A stretch of DNA of 63,676 nucleotides, the filler included, from Octopus bimaculoides (lineage: Eukaryota), in the NCBI RefSeq assembly GCF_001194135.2. It is 4 parts of 3 records of this genome, joined end to end, with 100 filler letters (N's around TTAATTAATTAA, not from the genome) between each part and the next. Parts side by side here need not be neighbours in the genome. Positions count along the whole stretch, not along the records: positions 1 to 26,607 come from NC_068985.1; 3 more parts are not named here. The stretch is one strand, 5' to 3'. Below, piece by piece: positions 13,137 to 26,248 of this stretch (position 1 is the first letter of the stretch; the number at the start of each line of letters is the position of its first letter). The notes beneath the pieces are model-generated. The model was not told the DNA's origin, did not search any database, and saw nothing but the letters and a program-made list of their open reading frames with translations. The translations under genes and the position numbers were made by a program.

Positions 13137-13370
13137 ATCATCATCATCATCGTTTAACGTCTACTTTCCATGCTAGCATGGGTTGGACGATTTGACTGAG
13201 GACTGGTGGACCAGGTGGCTACACCAGGCTCCAATCTGATCTGGCAGAGTTTCTACAGCTGGATGCCCTTCCTAACGCCAACCACTCCGAGAGTGTAGTG
13301 GGTGTTTTTACGTGCCACCAGCACGAAGGCCAGTCAGGTGGTACTGGCAACGGCCACGCTCGAAATGGTG
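13137..13370 (-). mobile_element. SINE/LINE-tail family B with (GAT)n tail
   Basis: (CAT)n-CGTTTAACGTC..TTTCCATGCTAGCATGGGTTGGACG...TTTCTACAGCTGGATGCCCTTCCTAACGCCAACCACTCC. Related copies at about 18860-19095, 40596-41015, 58490-58690 and 58855-59082. Confidence 0.85.
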
Positions 13371-13734
13371 TAGACTCTTCAAATTTATCTAGCCAGGAAA
13401 TAGATATAATTTACACTTTATTTGGTGTAAGAAAATTTAGTGGTATTAGTGAAGATAATAATGATAATCCTTTCTATTATAATAATAATCCTTTCTACAG
13501 AAAGCATAATGTCTGAAATTTTGTGTGGAAAGGAACTAGTCTATGACATCAACTCTGTGCTCAACTGGTACTTATTTTATTGACCCCATAAAAAGTGAAA
13601 GGTAAAGTAGACCCCAATGGAATTTGAATTCAGGACATGAAGCCTGAAAAAATGCTGCTAAAAATGTTTGGTATACTAACAGCTCTGTCAGCTTGCTACC
13701 TTATAATAATAATAATAATAATATTAATAATATT

Positions 13735-13945
13735 CCTTTCTACTATAGGCACAAGGCCTGAAATTTGGGGGAGGGGACTAGTTGATTACATCAAACCCAG
13801 TGTTTCATTGGTACTTAATTTATCGACCCTGAAAGGATGAAAGGCAAAGTCGACCTCAGTGAAATTTGAACTCAGAACATAGTGACAGATAAAATACCGC
13901 TAAGCATTTCACCTGGTGTGCTAATGGTTCTGCCAGCTTACTGCT
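13735..13945 (-). mobile_element. tRNA-derived SINE family C
   Basis: Head AGCTGGCAGAA.C.TTAGCAC...TTCTGAGTTCAAATT..GAGGTCGACTTTGCCTTTCATCC. Other copies at about 25135-25350, 30085-30250, 32620-32820, 60305-60520 and 62263-62390. Confidence 0.8.
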
Positions 13946-13989
13946 TTGATTATAATAATAATAATAATAATGATGATGATGAAAGCCTA

Positions 13990-14480
13990 ATAATCACTGA
14001 CCAGGCATTGAATACCAACTCAGTGAAAAATAATATATACCACACAAGTGCAACGGACCTCTGCAGAATGTGTGTGAAGAGGGTCAAAAGTGTGACTCAC
14101 ATTGTTAGTGCTTGTGAAAGTCTTGTGCAGAAAGAGTACAAGCGTAGACATGACAAGGTCGTCCAAAACCTCCACTGGTTACAATGTCATAAGTATGGAT
14201 ATGAGATTACAGGTGCTTGGAACCAACATACACCGGAAAAGGTAATAGAGGGGAAGTCAAAAATTCTCTGGCACTTTGATTTCCAGGCAGACAAGGTGTT
14301 AGAGCACTGAAGGCTGGATATAGTAACCTTTAGGAGGGACAAACAAGAATGCCTAATATTTGACATGGCAGTACCAGGAGTTCAACACATCATCATGAAA
14401 GAAACAGAAAAGGTTGATAAATATGGAGAACTGAGAAATGAGATCGCTAAGACATGGCAGCTACGAGAGTCAAACATAAA
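13990..14480 (+). mobile_element. Site-specific-type LINE 3' fragment (CCHC knuckle + restriction-like endonuclease; R4/Dong-like)
   Basis: CRMC...VTHIVSACESL..KEYKRRHDKV...LHW, ILWHFDFQAD...H*RLDIV...IFDMAVP...EKVDKYGEL. Confidence 0.85.
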
Positions 14481-14937
14481 TTGGATGTAAAATGATAAAG
14501 ATGATGGTTATTATTTTTAGAGTACGGATCTATATAATCCCAATTTTTCTTATATTTCTTCATTCATTTGTGAAAATATACTTGTTATGCTCTGTGGTAT
14601 GTCTCAAATCATGTGAATGCTCCCGTTAGGTAAAAACATTAACTTTATATATCATTAAGTTAATTGTACACATGAAGGAGCTTCTACATTTAATTTATTC
14701 AATGTAGCAACACAGTAGTCTTTCAAAGGAATCATTATTATATTTAGCATTTGACACTTAAATTTTCAAATAATATACTTTCCAGAGAGATGAAATGCTC
14801 ATCAAATGCTTCCTTCAATCAGCTCTGAGCAGAACTTATTCACACATCCTCATTACTTTTACATCTACCTTTTCTGTTTACATAATACCATGAAATGAAA
14901 CTATATTATATGTTTTTGTGATATCTTTTAATTCTAG

Positions 14938-15010
14938 TGCCATCATCTACTTAAATGGAGAATTCACAGGAGGAGAATTCATTTTTGCTTATCCAAATAA
15001 GTCAGAACAG
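14938..15010 (+). CDS. P3H1: Prolyl 3-hydroxylase exon C
   Basis: TAG acceptor at 14935-14937, GTAAAG donor at 15011. (S)AIIYLNGEFTGGEFIF AYPNKSEQ matches SAILYLNGDFDGGNFYF. 73 nt, phase 2 to 0. Confidence 0.95.
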
Positions 15011-15189
15011 GTAAAGTATTAGTCTTTAGTAATATAGTATATTTGATGAGATATAAGACACTTTTTTCAAAGAAATGTCTCAAAAAATAACCCCTGATCA
15101 TATATGTAAATTTGGGCCTATATTACATGAGATGAAGTATTGAAGGCCAATCTCAAAATGTTGAGCCTTACGAAGGAGATAACAGAAGA

Positions 15190-15560
15190 CTGAGGTCTGT
15201 GGCACAATGCTGTACTCAAGCATTGCAGGTGTAAATTCCATAGTTATGGAATTTGGTGTCAGAGGTGGTGGAGATGGTATATTTTAGTTTTCAACCATAA
15301 AAATGCCTGCATAGCATTCAGCAATGAGTTCTGCGCATTCTTTGGGATTGTCAGTAATCTGGCTTGTGTGGGGATTGCAAAGAGGGCCAACTGGAATTGA
15401 GGTCTTTGCTCTGAATGTACATATTTCCAGAATGCCTTACTGTCAGGGTTGGATGTTATGCACTGCTCAAATTCAAGCACTGCCCCTTTTGTCACCTGCT
15501 TGAGATGGTTGGATGATTTATTGAGCTTTTTCCTAGTAATATCTGATTTATGCAAATGGG
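15190..15560 (-). mobile_element. Degenerate CR1/L2-like LINE fragment
   Basis: Minus strand FEQCITSNPDSKAFWKYVHSE resembles the NPK.FW.YV pre-RT motif. Confidence 0.55.
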
Positions 15561-16275
15561 TATGTTGTTATTGTTTAATCTAAGCTCAGTCCTAATTGAG
15601 CAAACCTATGATTGAAAGCATTCTACTCTAACCATCCAGTATTTTTACATATGAATGACAGCTTTTGTTTTTGTTTTTTCTGAAGACATCAGGGCTGTAA
15701 TTTGAGGGAGCTTTGACTGCTATTTCTAGCAAATTAATTGGTTACATAAAAGCTCCTTTGGCACAAAGAATACTTTATAATTGTCTCTGGAGCCAACCAT
15801 ACCGTGAGCTCTCGAATTTTAGAAAGAGCAAAGTTTCTGACTATTTTAATTAATAAGGATTCCTGCTGTGTCTCTGAGTACCTTCAAAGAAGTGAAGAGA
15901 TTAAAATTCAGTCCTTAAATGCCATTTCTACTTAGTTTGGTCAATGTTGTTGCTTCTCCATATATTACAATTTTGCTCTAACCCCTTCTCTCATACTTTT
16001 ATCCCCCATCTCTAAACCTGCCTCACCACCACTCGGGGTTCATAGTCTTGTAAGCTGCATAGTGACCTCCGTGCTGGTGCCATGAAAAAGCAATCTGCAA
16101 AGCAATTGGCATTAGGATGGACATCCAGCTGTAGAAACCATGCTAAAGTAGATAGTAAAGCACAATGCAGATTTTGGGTCCATGGGATATTGTCAAATTG
16201 TCCAATCCATGCCAGTATGGAACATGGACATTAAATGATGATTATGATAATGATAATTCTTTTTTTTATTTCCAG

Positions 16276-16599
16276 TTGTCTATGAAACCAAAGTGTGGAA
16301 GACTAGTTGGCTTCAATGCTGCAGATTATCATGGAGTGAAAGCAGTCATAAAAGGCCAGCGCTGTTGTTTGGCTATGTGGTATACTCAAGATCCAGACTT
16401 CAAAGAACTGGCTCATAGCCAAGCTTACAAAATTCTAAAACAAGTAGAGAAAGAGCGAGAGGAAAGCGAAAAATCTAGTTCTGACAGTGCTGACAATGAT
16501 ATTGAAAAAGACCAACCAAATTCTTCTGATTCTTCCACAGACATTTCTTCAAAAGAAAAGAACACAGACAGTATATCGAATAAAAATGAAGAATTGTAG
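16276..16599 (+). CDS. P3H1: Prolyl 3-hydroxylase terminal coding exon
   Basis: T-tract + CAG acceptor. LSMKPKCGRLVGFNAADYHGVKAVIKGQRCCLAMWYTQDP has the distal Fe-binding His and 2OG-binding Arg (cf. PQCGRAVGF...HGVKAVTRGQRCAIALWFTLDP). An acidic/Ser tail ends KNEEL-TAG. Confidence 0.96.
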   Translation: MSMKPKCGRLVGFNAADYHGVKAVIKGQRCCLAMWYTQDPDFKELAHSQAYKILKQVEKEREESEKSSSDSADNDIEKDQPNSSDSSTDISSKEKNTDSISNKNEEL

Positions 16600-16757
16600 G
16601 CCTAGCTTTATGATATGTCTTCATGCTGTGAAAAAAGTATTATTAATATTTTTATGTAAATAATTTCAATAGACATCTTCATCTTTACTGTCTTCCTCAC
16701 AAAATGTTTGATAAGAGGAAAAGCCACTCAAAAAGTCTTTCGATAAAAAACACTCAC

Positions 16758-16794
<37 letters not shown>

Positions 16795-17624
16795 GCACGC
16801 ACACACACACACACACTTGCTCATATATTCGCACTCAAAATGCAAATTTGAACAAATTCTAATGCCAAAGCTGAACTATATCTCATAACAAAAAACAGTT
16901 ATTGACAATCAACATAAAAGTAAAGCAACAAAATGATGATGTTGATCTAGAAGCTTTAATTATATATAAATTTGAATATAAAATATATATATATGTTTTG
17001 TATTGAATTTTATGCATAATGCTTTTATATGTGACATCAAAAAAATGCGTATATATATATATGTATATATATATATGTTTATGTAAAACATGTATATATG
17101 TGTATATGTACATATACATGTAAATATATGTGTGTATATATTGATATGTAAATACATGTGTGTATGAAAGGGTGTGTATGGCTTAACAAATGCTTTATGT
17201 TAAAGAATATAGGTGCTATTTTGAAGTATTTCTCTTTGTAGAACAATCAAGAACAAATATTGGAAATTTATTAAAACTGATTAAAAATTAAACAAAATTT
17301 AAATATTATTTTTTTAATGTCTGATTCTAGACTTGTAGGCAAAAGTACACTGGCAAATAGCCACCTTCCTCTCTCAAATACTACCCCCAATTAGACAAAG
17401 GGGCTTTTTCTTGTTCCTTTCCTGTTTTACAGGTTACTTGGTGGCCTCACTAGTGCTGGTGGCATGAAAAGAATATGCATCTGGGACACACAGTAAAGTG
17501 GTTGGTGTTAAGAAGAGCATCCAGCTATAACAGTCATGCCAAAGCTGATGTTGGAGCTCAATTAAATAATACAAATTTCACATTTGGATGAAGTGTTTAT
17601 ATTTAGATAGTTATCAGGAAGACA

Positions 17625-18015
17625 GTGGAGGTGCAATGGCCCAGTGGTTAGGGCAGCGGACTCTCGGTCATAGGATCACGGTTTCGATTCCCAGACCGGG
17701 CGTTGTGAGTGTTTATTGAGTGAAAACACCTAAATGCTCCACGAGGCTCTGGCAGGGGATGGTGGCGAACCCTGCTGTACTCTTCCACTACAACTTTCTC
17801 TCACTCTTACTTCCTGTTTCTGTTGTGCCTGTAATTCAAAGGGTCAGCCTTGTCACACTGTGTCACGCTGAATATCCCCGAGAACTACATTAAGGATACA
17901 CGTGTGTGTGGAGTGCTCAGCCACTTGCACGTTAATTTCACGAGCAGGCTGTTCCATTGATCGGATCAACTGGAACCCTCGACGTCGTAAGCGACGGAGT
18001 GCCAACAGCAACAAT
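17625..18015 (+). mobile_element. Well-preserved tRNA-derived SINE with a conserved central domain (Nin/Deu-like)
   Basis: A-box TGGCCCAGTGG, B-box GGTTTCGATTCCC, central CAGCCTTGTCACACT...GAGAACTAC...GTGGAGTGCTCAGCCACTTGCACGTTAATTTCACGAGCAGGCTG, (CAA)-rich tail. Domain name is from recall. Confidence 0.75.
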
Positions 18016-18112
18016 CAGGAAGACGAGAGATAGTGAGACGCACGCATCTGCATGCGCGCGCACACACACACACACACAAGAGGAAACCGCTGTGATTTAC
18101 CCTAAATATCTA

Positions 18113-18148
<36 letters not shown>

Positions 18149-19299
18149 TTATATATTATACGGTGTGAAGAGCATGGTTGACAATGTTTTTATGTATGAA
18201 GCACCAAAGTGATTATCTTGTATTTTGCTTTTTTAACTACTACAAAAGCCTGTTGATGAATGCTTTACCCCAAAATCTTGATGCCAACAGAAACCATAGT
18301 AAGGAAGCAACAACAGGTACTAAATGTACATGTGCACACATTCACACACTTATGTATTGTAGGACAGGTGGTATATTTAATTACCTTTGGATTTTTTTCT
18401 GAAATTTCAAAATAACATTGAACGCATTACTAGTTATAAAAGAATACTTAATTTTAGAATAAAAGAATACTTAATTAAGATTAGATGCAAATTACATAAG
18501 AAAACTGTAGTAGCCCAGTATTATTGCAAAACTTAAAACAATGTAACTGACATTGAATATTTGTAGGAAAGTAACAAACACTGTAAAAGCAAGAGGATCT
18601 TTCATCTTTTAATTGTTTCAGTCATTTAACTGTGGCCATGCTGGGACATCACTTTGAAGGGTTTTAGTTGAACAAATCAACCCCAAGAACATATAATTTT
18701 TAAGTCTAGTACTTATTATATCAGTCTTTTTTGCTGAATTGGTAAATTACAAGTGGCATATACAAATCAACACCAGTAGTCAAGCAATGAGAGGAGATAA
18801 ACACATACACCATCGTGTTTGTGTGTGTGTATAGAGCTCATCATGTATGTGTGTGTCCATCATCATCATCATAATTTAACATCCGTCTTCCATACTGGCA
18901 TGGGTGGGACTACTGGCATATATATGTATATACATATATCATCATCATCATTTAGCTGGTATTATATTATATATGCTGGCATGGGTTGGATGGTTTGACC
19001 AGGGCTGGCAAGCTGAAAGGCTGCACCAGACTCCAGTTTGATCTACAGCTGGATGCCCTTCCTAACGCCACCACTCTGAGAGTGTAACGAGTGCTTTTTG
19101 TTGATGAATTTGTTGAGTGTAATGAGTGCTTTTTGTAATGAATTTTTGTTGGATGAAATTGCTCAGAGTGAGAGAGAGAACAAAAAGAAAAAAGTTTACA
19201 TGAAATAAATTGAGAAATAAGCTCAATAGAAGTTGTGGGAACTTTGAAAAATAGAGAATTCAATGAATGAGGAGGAAGAGAATTTAGAATATTTTGGTA

Positions 19300-19690
19300 G
19301 GTCAGATGTGGCTGTGTGGTAAGAAGTTTGCTTCACAGCCACATGGTTCCTGTTCATTCTCACTGCATGGCACCCTGGGCAACTATCATCTACTGTAGCC
19401 CTGGGCTGCTGACGAAAGCCTTGTAGTGGATTTGGTATACAAAAACTGAAAGGTACCCAATGTATATGTGTGTGTGTTTGTCTGCCATCACTGTTTGACA
19501 ACTGGTGTTGGTTTGTTTATGTCTCTGTAACTTAGTGATTCAGCCAAAGGAGCTGATAGAATGCCAGGCTTTAAAAAATAAGTGCTGGGATTGATTTGAT
19601 TGACTAAACCCTTTGAGGTAGTGCCCCAACATGGCCACTTTCTATTGACTGAAACAAGTAAAAGATATGAAAAACGGATGTTAAATGATG
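19300..19690 (+). mobile_element. SINE family A copy
   Basis: Diverged copy of the 11319-11730 family. Confidence 0.8.
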
Positions 19691-21449
19691 ATGATGAGAT
19701 AAAATTATTTAAAAACAAGTAAATTATTTAGCATGTAATCATAAATATTTAATCATGTAGGGGAAGTAACTATAAGGAAAACATGAAAGAAAATGACAAT
19801 TATGGTTTGCCCCACCCTTCTGAAATGTTAAAACAAATATATGTAAAAAATTCTTACTCTTATTTGAGTAACCATGAGTATTAAAAAAACAATTAATTTA
19901 ATAGACAGTTAAGATTACATAGTCCTGTTCCCCTAGCATAAAGGCCTATATCAACAATCAACAAATGCACATGCAGAAATTAATCTAAATGCCCCCTAGG
20001 ACAAGCATATGATATATCCTCTATTGCATATGAGGCACAAGTAATGACAAACGGCAAGGCAGACCAGACAGAAAGCAAGTGCTATATAGGATCCATGGAA
20101 AATAAATTTAAATCCAGATACAACACTCATCATTCTTCTTTTAAGCATCCTGAGAAGAGGCCACAGCCCTTCTGGCATTAATCTGGAGACCTAAGGACAT
20201 GGGAACCAACTACAACATCAACTGGAAGACTCTTTTTAGGACCAAACGTTATATTAACAGATCAAAAAGATGTTACATATGTTCACACAAGAAACCTTCA
20301 TTGTTTGGAGAATTTGCAAATAAACATCAAGAGTGAAATTTTCTCATGTTCTCACTTCACAAAGTACATTTCAATGGGAATTAATGGTAAACCACCAGGC
20401 AGAGCATGTCCCATTGATTTGGTTGTTTTTCTATCAAGCTCCAGTCAGTGAATTTGTTTCCTTAGTGCCATCACGTTTATAACAATATGTCCATTGATCT
20501 CACCTGTTTATTCAACACCTGGATGTGCAAACACTTCAACACTGATAACCCTTCTATATCTCAACTTCTATAATTCCTGCCACCTTCCTTCTATTTGTTT
20601 ATTCCTTGTGCTTCCCATGCTGGTTTATGAAATGTTTGTCCCTAGTTCTGTTTGCTGTTCAGTGAATTATCTGCCCTTGGTCATTCTGTCTTTTTTCAAC
20701 CTATGCCTGCTCATTTCAAGATTAAGTCATATAGAGTTACTAACCGGACATGTTGACATTACCAGCTTGAGAAATGGCAAAATAAATATAATATTCCAGT
20801 AAAAAAAAACCAAGGAAGTTGAATTTTACATGGTTTTTATGTTTATTTTAACATATTTCATATATATTTTATATTACATATATATACACACACACATTAT
20901 TACACACATACATACATTTGCATACACATACACATATATATGTATGTATACATGTGTTTCTATATGTATGTATCTTTTTCTGGTTTCATCCAGGGGCTGT
21001 AGCCATGCTGGATCACTGCCATTAAGTCTGCTAGTTTATTTCAAACTCACATTGCAGCCCTGTCTTTAGATTTGGCTCTGATGAAGCAATGAGACAAAGC
21101 TGCCTGTCTTTGCATTTCATACCATAATGTGGTTCCATCTGGTATCTTAGATAAAAGTTCTTCTAATTATTCTTTGAGAGCATCCACATCTATGCCTCAT
21201 AGATCACTTAATATCTTTTTTGGCAAGATATTGAAAAGTTAAGAGCTCTTGAACCTCAAGTTGTTACAGTAATGAGTCCTTACTCAAGATGGAGAGGGTG
21301 GTATTTTTGATGCTATGCGTCCAGTTTTGGGGCTGGCATGTGGCAATGAAGGGCAAATGTTCCCCATTAGATCAACATGGTTTCCTTTTTTCTTTGTTCT
21401 GAATGATCACAGAAACTCACTAGTCAGTTGTCTTCACATTCTTGACATA

Positions 21450-22414
21450 TTAGTAATATGCACATGAAACATTACATCATCAGTTGTGTGGATATCCAGT
21501 TCACACATTGATTGTGACTGAAATTACAATACCTCCTGGTCCAGTGTATTTTGATAATTATTCAGTGGAGGATAAGAACTTTATGAAACAACATATTTGC
21601 CATTGCTTAGTGTATGAGTTTCAAAAGAAAAGTACCACTACAAAAGCAATGAAAAACATTTGTGAAGTGTATCCGGAAGCAATGAAAGCTCATATATATC
21701 AGTTGTGGTTTAAAAGGTTTAAAGATGGTGATTGTGTCCTGTCATTTCTGCAGTGCATTGTTACAGGCGATGAACAGGTTTTGCTTCACAACAAAAAATG
21801 AAAAGGACAAAGGTTATTATATAATGAGAGGCCAGTGCCAACATCAAAACCAGAACTCCATCCACAAAAATCCTTGCCCTGTGTTTGGTGGAACATGAAA
21901 GGTATCATCCATTATGAGCGATTGGAACATAGAAGGACCATCAATGCAGATGGCTATTGCCAACAACTTGATCATGTAAATGAAAAATTACGTCAAAAGG
22001 GGTCAGCTTTGGTAATCAGAAAAGGTGTTATTCTCCAGCATGACAATGCCTCACTACACTCTTCAAAACAAACCCAAGAAAAAATAAAATCATTAGGATG
22101 GGAAGTTCCTCCACATCCTCCATGTTCATCTGATTCAACTCCTATGGATTTCCATCTGTTCTGATCACTAGATTCTTTTATAAGGGGCAAAACATTCAGA
22201 AATAGAAAGGAAGTTGAAAAGTCTTTCTGACATTTTTTCAGCAAAAGAAATAGGCTTCTTTGAACATGGCTTTAAAAAGTTATTTTCCTGTTGGGCTGCA
22301 GCCATTGAAAATGATGGTGATTACATTCTTGATTAAAACTATTCAGATAAACATAGTTTACATCAGTTTTTATATCTTTTCTGGTAAAATACAATTACTT
22401 TCCAAACACCCTAA
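21450..22414 (+). mobile_element. Internally deleted, degenerate mariner transposon
   Basis: IVTGDEQV, KPELHPQK...VWWNMKGIIHYE, LQHDNASLH and HPPCSSDSTPMDFHLF. Right TIR-like end at 22414; left boundary approximate. Confidence 0.88.
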
Positions 22415-23650
22415 TATTTGAACAACATACATAAATACAGGTATATCAAATACTAAACAATATAAATTCTTGATTTGGTAAAATTATCTCTGCCTCTAGG
22501 GATGTATCACAATTGCTAAACAAAAATTGGGACCAGTTTCCTGTGTGCATGTGTGTATGTATATGTACATGTATATATGTTAAACCTCATCTTTTAGGTG
22601 AATACTGAAGTATAGTGTTTAATTTTGAGCCTTTAAATATTTTATGATACAAATGTGTCTTTTGTTTGTTGCCTGTTTATTTTAGTTCTTGTTATTTTTC
22701 CCACTCAGTATGTTGTCGTCCCAATGTTAATTTTATTTCCATCAAGAAATAAATTTAAAAAGTATTTTGGATTGATATCAATTGGTAAGTTAATTATTGT
22801 TTTTCAATCCATTTACTCTGTATTTTCAAATATCATTTATCTTCTAACTTTATTTACATGCTTTATGACGTCAGACATTATCTTCTGAACCATGCCGTAT
22901 CAGCAACTTTCTGTCCTCAATTTCGTGTTGTGTGTTTCAACAAATAACATCAATGTAATTGAGTGGTCTTTGTCATCTACTAGAATATGTAAGCCTTTAA
23001 AATATAACATCTAATATGGCCTGATGTTCAGCACAATAGTATTGATCAAAAAAGCCTACCTTTTGTTGAACAACAGTTGTAGAGATGAGTGGACTATATC
23101 CATAAATCTCAAATGAAACTGTCAAGGCCATCTTTGCTCATAAATCACAGATGAGAGTGTGAAAGCTATCAAGTTCGAAAATTCATCAAGCTTTGCACAA
23201 AACATTTTCCATCCAAATAAAGACTTTCCAACAATAGCCAGAATCCTTCAGGACATACCCTAACTCCTCTTTCCTTTATGATTGTGATAATGTCTTGAGA
23301 TAAAGTTTCCATTCTGTCCACGACAAAAGCTTCACCATCAAGCAAAAGTAATCAAAATATTAACAGAGCATGTACCATCTCTTTGACCATGACTATGCTG
23401 ATGATCTTGGTTCAACTGTTAATTAAAACATGAAATATGAAAAGACTCAACATTGTGTATGTATATATGTATATGCGTGTGATCTTTTACTGCAGCCATG
23501 TTGGGGCACCACCTTGAAGAATTTTTAGTCAAATGAATTACTTTTTTAAGTCTGGTACTTATTCTAGTGGTCTCTTTTGCTGACCCTCTAAGTTATGGGA
23601 ACACAAACACACCAACATTGGTTGTGAAGCATTATCAATGTTATATAGGA

Positions 23651-24010
23651 ACAGGAGAGGCTGTATGGTAAGTAGCTCGCTGGGTTCAGTCCCACTGCGT
23701 GGCACCTTGGGCAAGTGTCTTCTACTATAGCCTTGGGCTGACCAAAGCCTTGTGAGTGGATTTGGTAGACAGAAACTGAAAGAAGCCTGTCGTATATGTG
23801 TGTGTGTGTGTGTGTGTGTTCTCCCACTGTCACTTGACAACCAATTCTCTTGTGTTTATGTCCCCCATAACTTAGCAGTTCGGCAAAAGAGATCAATAGA
23901 ATAAGTATTAGGCTTACAAAGAATAAGTCCTGGGGTTGATTTGTTTGACTAAAAGTGGTGCTCCTGCATGGCCACAGTCAAATGACTGAAACGAATAAAA
24001 GAATAAAAGA
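23651..24010 (+). mobile_element. SINE family A copy, preceded by an inverted partial copy at about 23485-23632
   Basis: Same head, core and tail as 11319-11730. Confidence 0.85.
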
Positions 24011-24390
24011 ATATATGGAGTGTTTAGTATTTTTATACATATGCATTGTGTGAATGTGATTTAAGGTGTGAATCTGCATACATGCATTTGTGTGTGTGTG
24101 TGTGTGGCTATGTATGGGTGTTGTATAGTGTTAATATGCATGTGTGTTGGTATGTGTATGTTATATAGAAAGCTACAAATTGTTGTATTAGCTAGTATAT
24201 ATATGTACGTAAGTGTTGTTTATCTCAAATTACAAAGAAAGAAAGGAGTAAGTGTGCGTGTGTATATATGTACCTAGTATGTAAAGTGTATGGTTTATAG
24301 TATTGTTTGTATCTGTGAGCAAGTGGGTATTTGTGTATGTTATAGTGTGTTAGTGTGTGTGTGGACACTGCAATTAATTTGGTCATTTAA

Positions 24391-24583
24391 TACTCTTTTA
24401 CTTGTTTCAGTCATTTGACTGCGGCCATGCTGGAGCACCGCCTTTAGTTGAGCAAATCGACCCCAGGACTTATTCTTTAGAAGCCTAGTACTTATTCTAT
24501 CGGTCTCTTTTTGCCAAACCGCTAACTTACGGGGACATAGACACACCAGCATCGGTTGTCAAGCAATGATGGGGGGACAAACA

Positions 24584-24639
<56 letters not shown>

Positions 24640-24812
24640 CACATATATACGATGGGCTTCTTTCAGTTCCCGTCTACCAAATCCACTCACAAGGCTTTGG
24701 TCGGCCCAAGGCTATAGTAGAAGACACTTGCCCAAGGTGCCACGCAGTGGGACTGAACCCAGAACCATGTGGTTGGTAAGCAAGCTACTTACCACACAGC
24801 CACTCCTGCGCC
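24391..24812 (-). mobile_element. SINE family A copy (near consensus)
   Basis: Very similar to 11319-11730. Confidence 0.9.
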
Positions 24813-25550
24813 TAATTTTTTTTTTCTCCAGTCAGGACAATGTAGGTGATTATTGTTTTCAAATTGCAAGTTAAGAATGTTGAATACAGTCAGTTTGTGT
24901 GTCTCTGTACTCACATTAATCAATTAGTTTGTCATACAGCTTTGTGTGTGTGCATGTGTATGCAGGATTGCATATTCTGCCAGTATGTTTATTTCTGTGA
25001 TGGAATAAGCATATACTTTTGAGGGAATGTTTTGAGTGTGGTTTATTTCTTGGTAAGTCTAGGTCATGTGCGAAAAATTACAGTTCTGTGTGTGTTTGTT
25101 TTATTAAGTTGATTTATATATGTGCAGTTTTACTACAATGGTTTCAAATTTTGGCACAAGGCCAGCAATTTTTGGGTAGTCGGGAAGTTGATTACTCTGA
25201 CTCCAGTACTCAGCTGGTACTTATGTTTTCGGCCCTGAAAGTATGAAAAGCAAAGTTGACCTTGGTAGAATTTGAACTCAAAATGCAAAGACAGCCAAAA
25301 TGCCACTAAGCATTTTTCATGGTGTGCTAACGATTCTGCCAACTTGCTGTGCGTGTATGTACAAGGCCTTCTACAACATTATAGGTTCCTGGAAAAGCAA
25401 TGTAGTGGGGTCCCAACATATGCAACAACAGCATATATAGATTGGCATTGAGATTGTAGACTTATAGGACTTCCAGGAAAGTCCTGTGTACCCATGACTT
25501 AAGACAGCACTGCATGTATGTAGGTGTGCATGCAGTTTATCATGTAAGGT

Positions 25551-25910
25551 GCAGGCATGGCTGTGTGGTAAGAAGTTTGCTCCCCAACCACATAGTTTGA
25601 AGTTCAGCCCCACTGCATGGCACCTTGGCAGGTGTCTTCTGCAGCCTCAAGCCAACCAAAGCCTTGTGAGTGAATTTGGTAGAGGGAAACTGAAAGTAGT
25701 GTGTGTATGTGTGTGTGTATGTCCCCCACCACTGCTTGACAACTGGTGTTTGTGTGTTTACATTCCTGTAACTTAGCTGTTCAGCAAGAAGCTGATAGAA
25801 TAAGTACCAAGCTTTTAAAAAAAAAAAAAAAGGTATTGGGGTTGATTCATTCAACTAAAATTTCTTCATGGCCACAATCTAATGACAGAAAGAAGTAAAA
25901 AGATAAAATG
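25551..25910 (+). mobile_element. SINE family A copy
   Basis: Same head, core and tail. Confidence 0.8.
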
Positions 25911-26248
25911 TTTGTGTGTGAATGTAGGCATATATAATGCAAATAGTCATTGGAGGTTTTGTTGTGATAGTTTGTGTTGTGGCAAATCCTTGGTAAAACT
26001 TGCACACATGCTAACACATACCGACATGTATACAAACACACAATAACACTATAATCATGAATCTCAACATAGTAAGTGCATATACACACAAACACAACAC
26101 ATTTTGCAAACACAGTTACACACACACACTCAAATATACATCCATATCTGTACAACATGCAGAACACAAGCATATATGCATGCACGCAAATATATTTTCA
26201 TTGTAATCTGAGATGAGCAACGGACACAAACATACATATTAACATTTC

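Noticed and set aside
13882-14310. 142-aa ORF inside the P3H gene as an alternative exon
   Set aside because: It is a SINE end fused to a LINE CCHC/endonuclease fragment.
17625-17700. tRNA genes (here and at 2158, about 970, about 49210)
   Set aside because: The A/B boxes lead into SINE bodies, with no complete cloverleaf or acceptor stem.
21078-21110. CTGATGAAGCAATG... possible HHR (also CTGATGA at about 47455)
   Set aside because: No correctly placed GAAA or paired stems; at best a very decayed relic.
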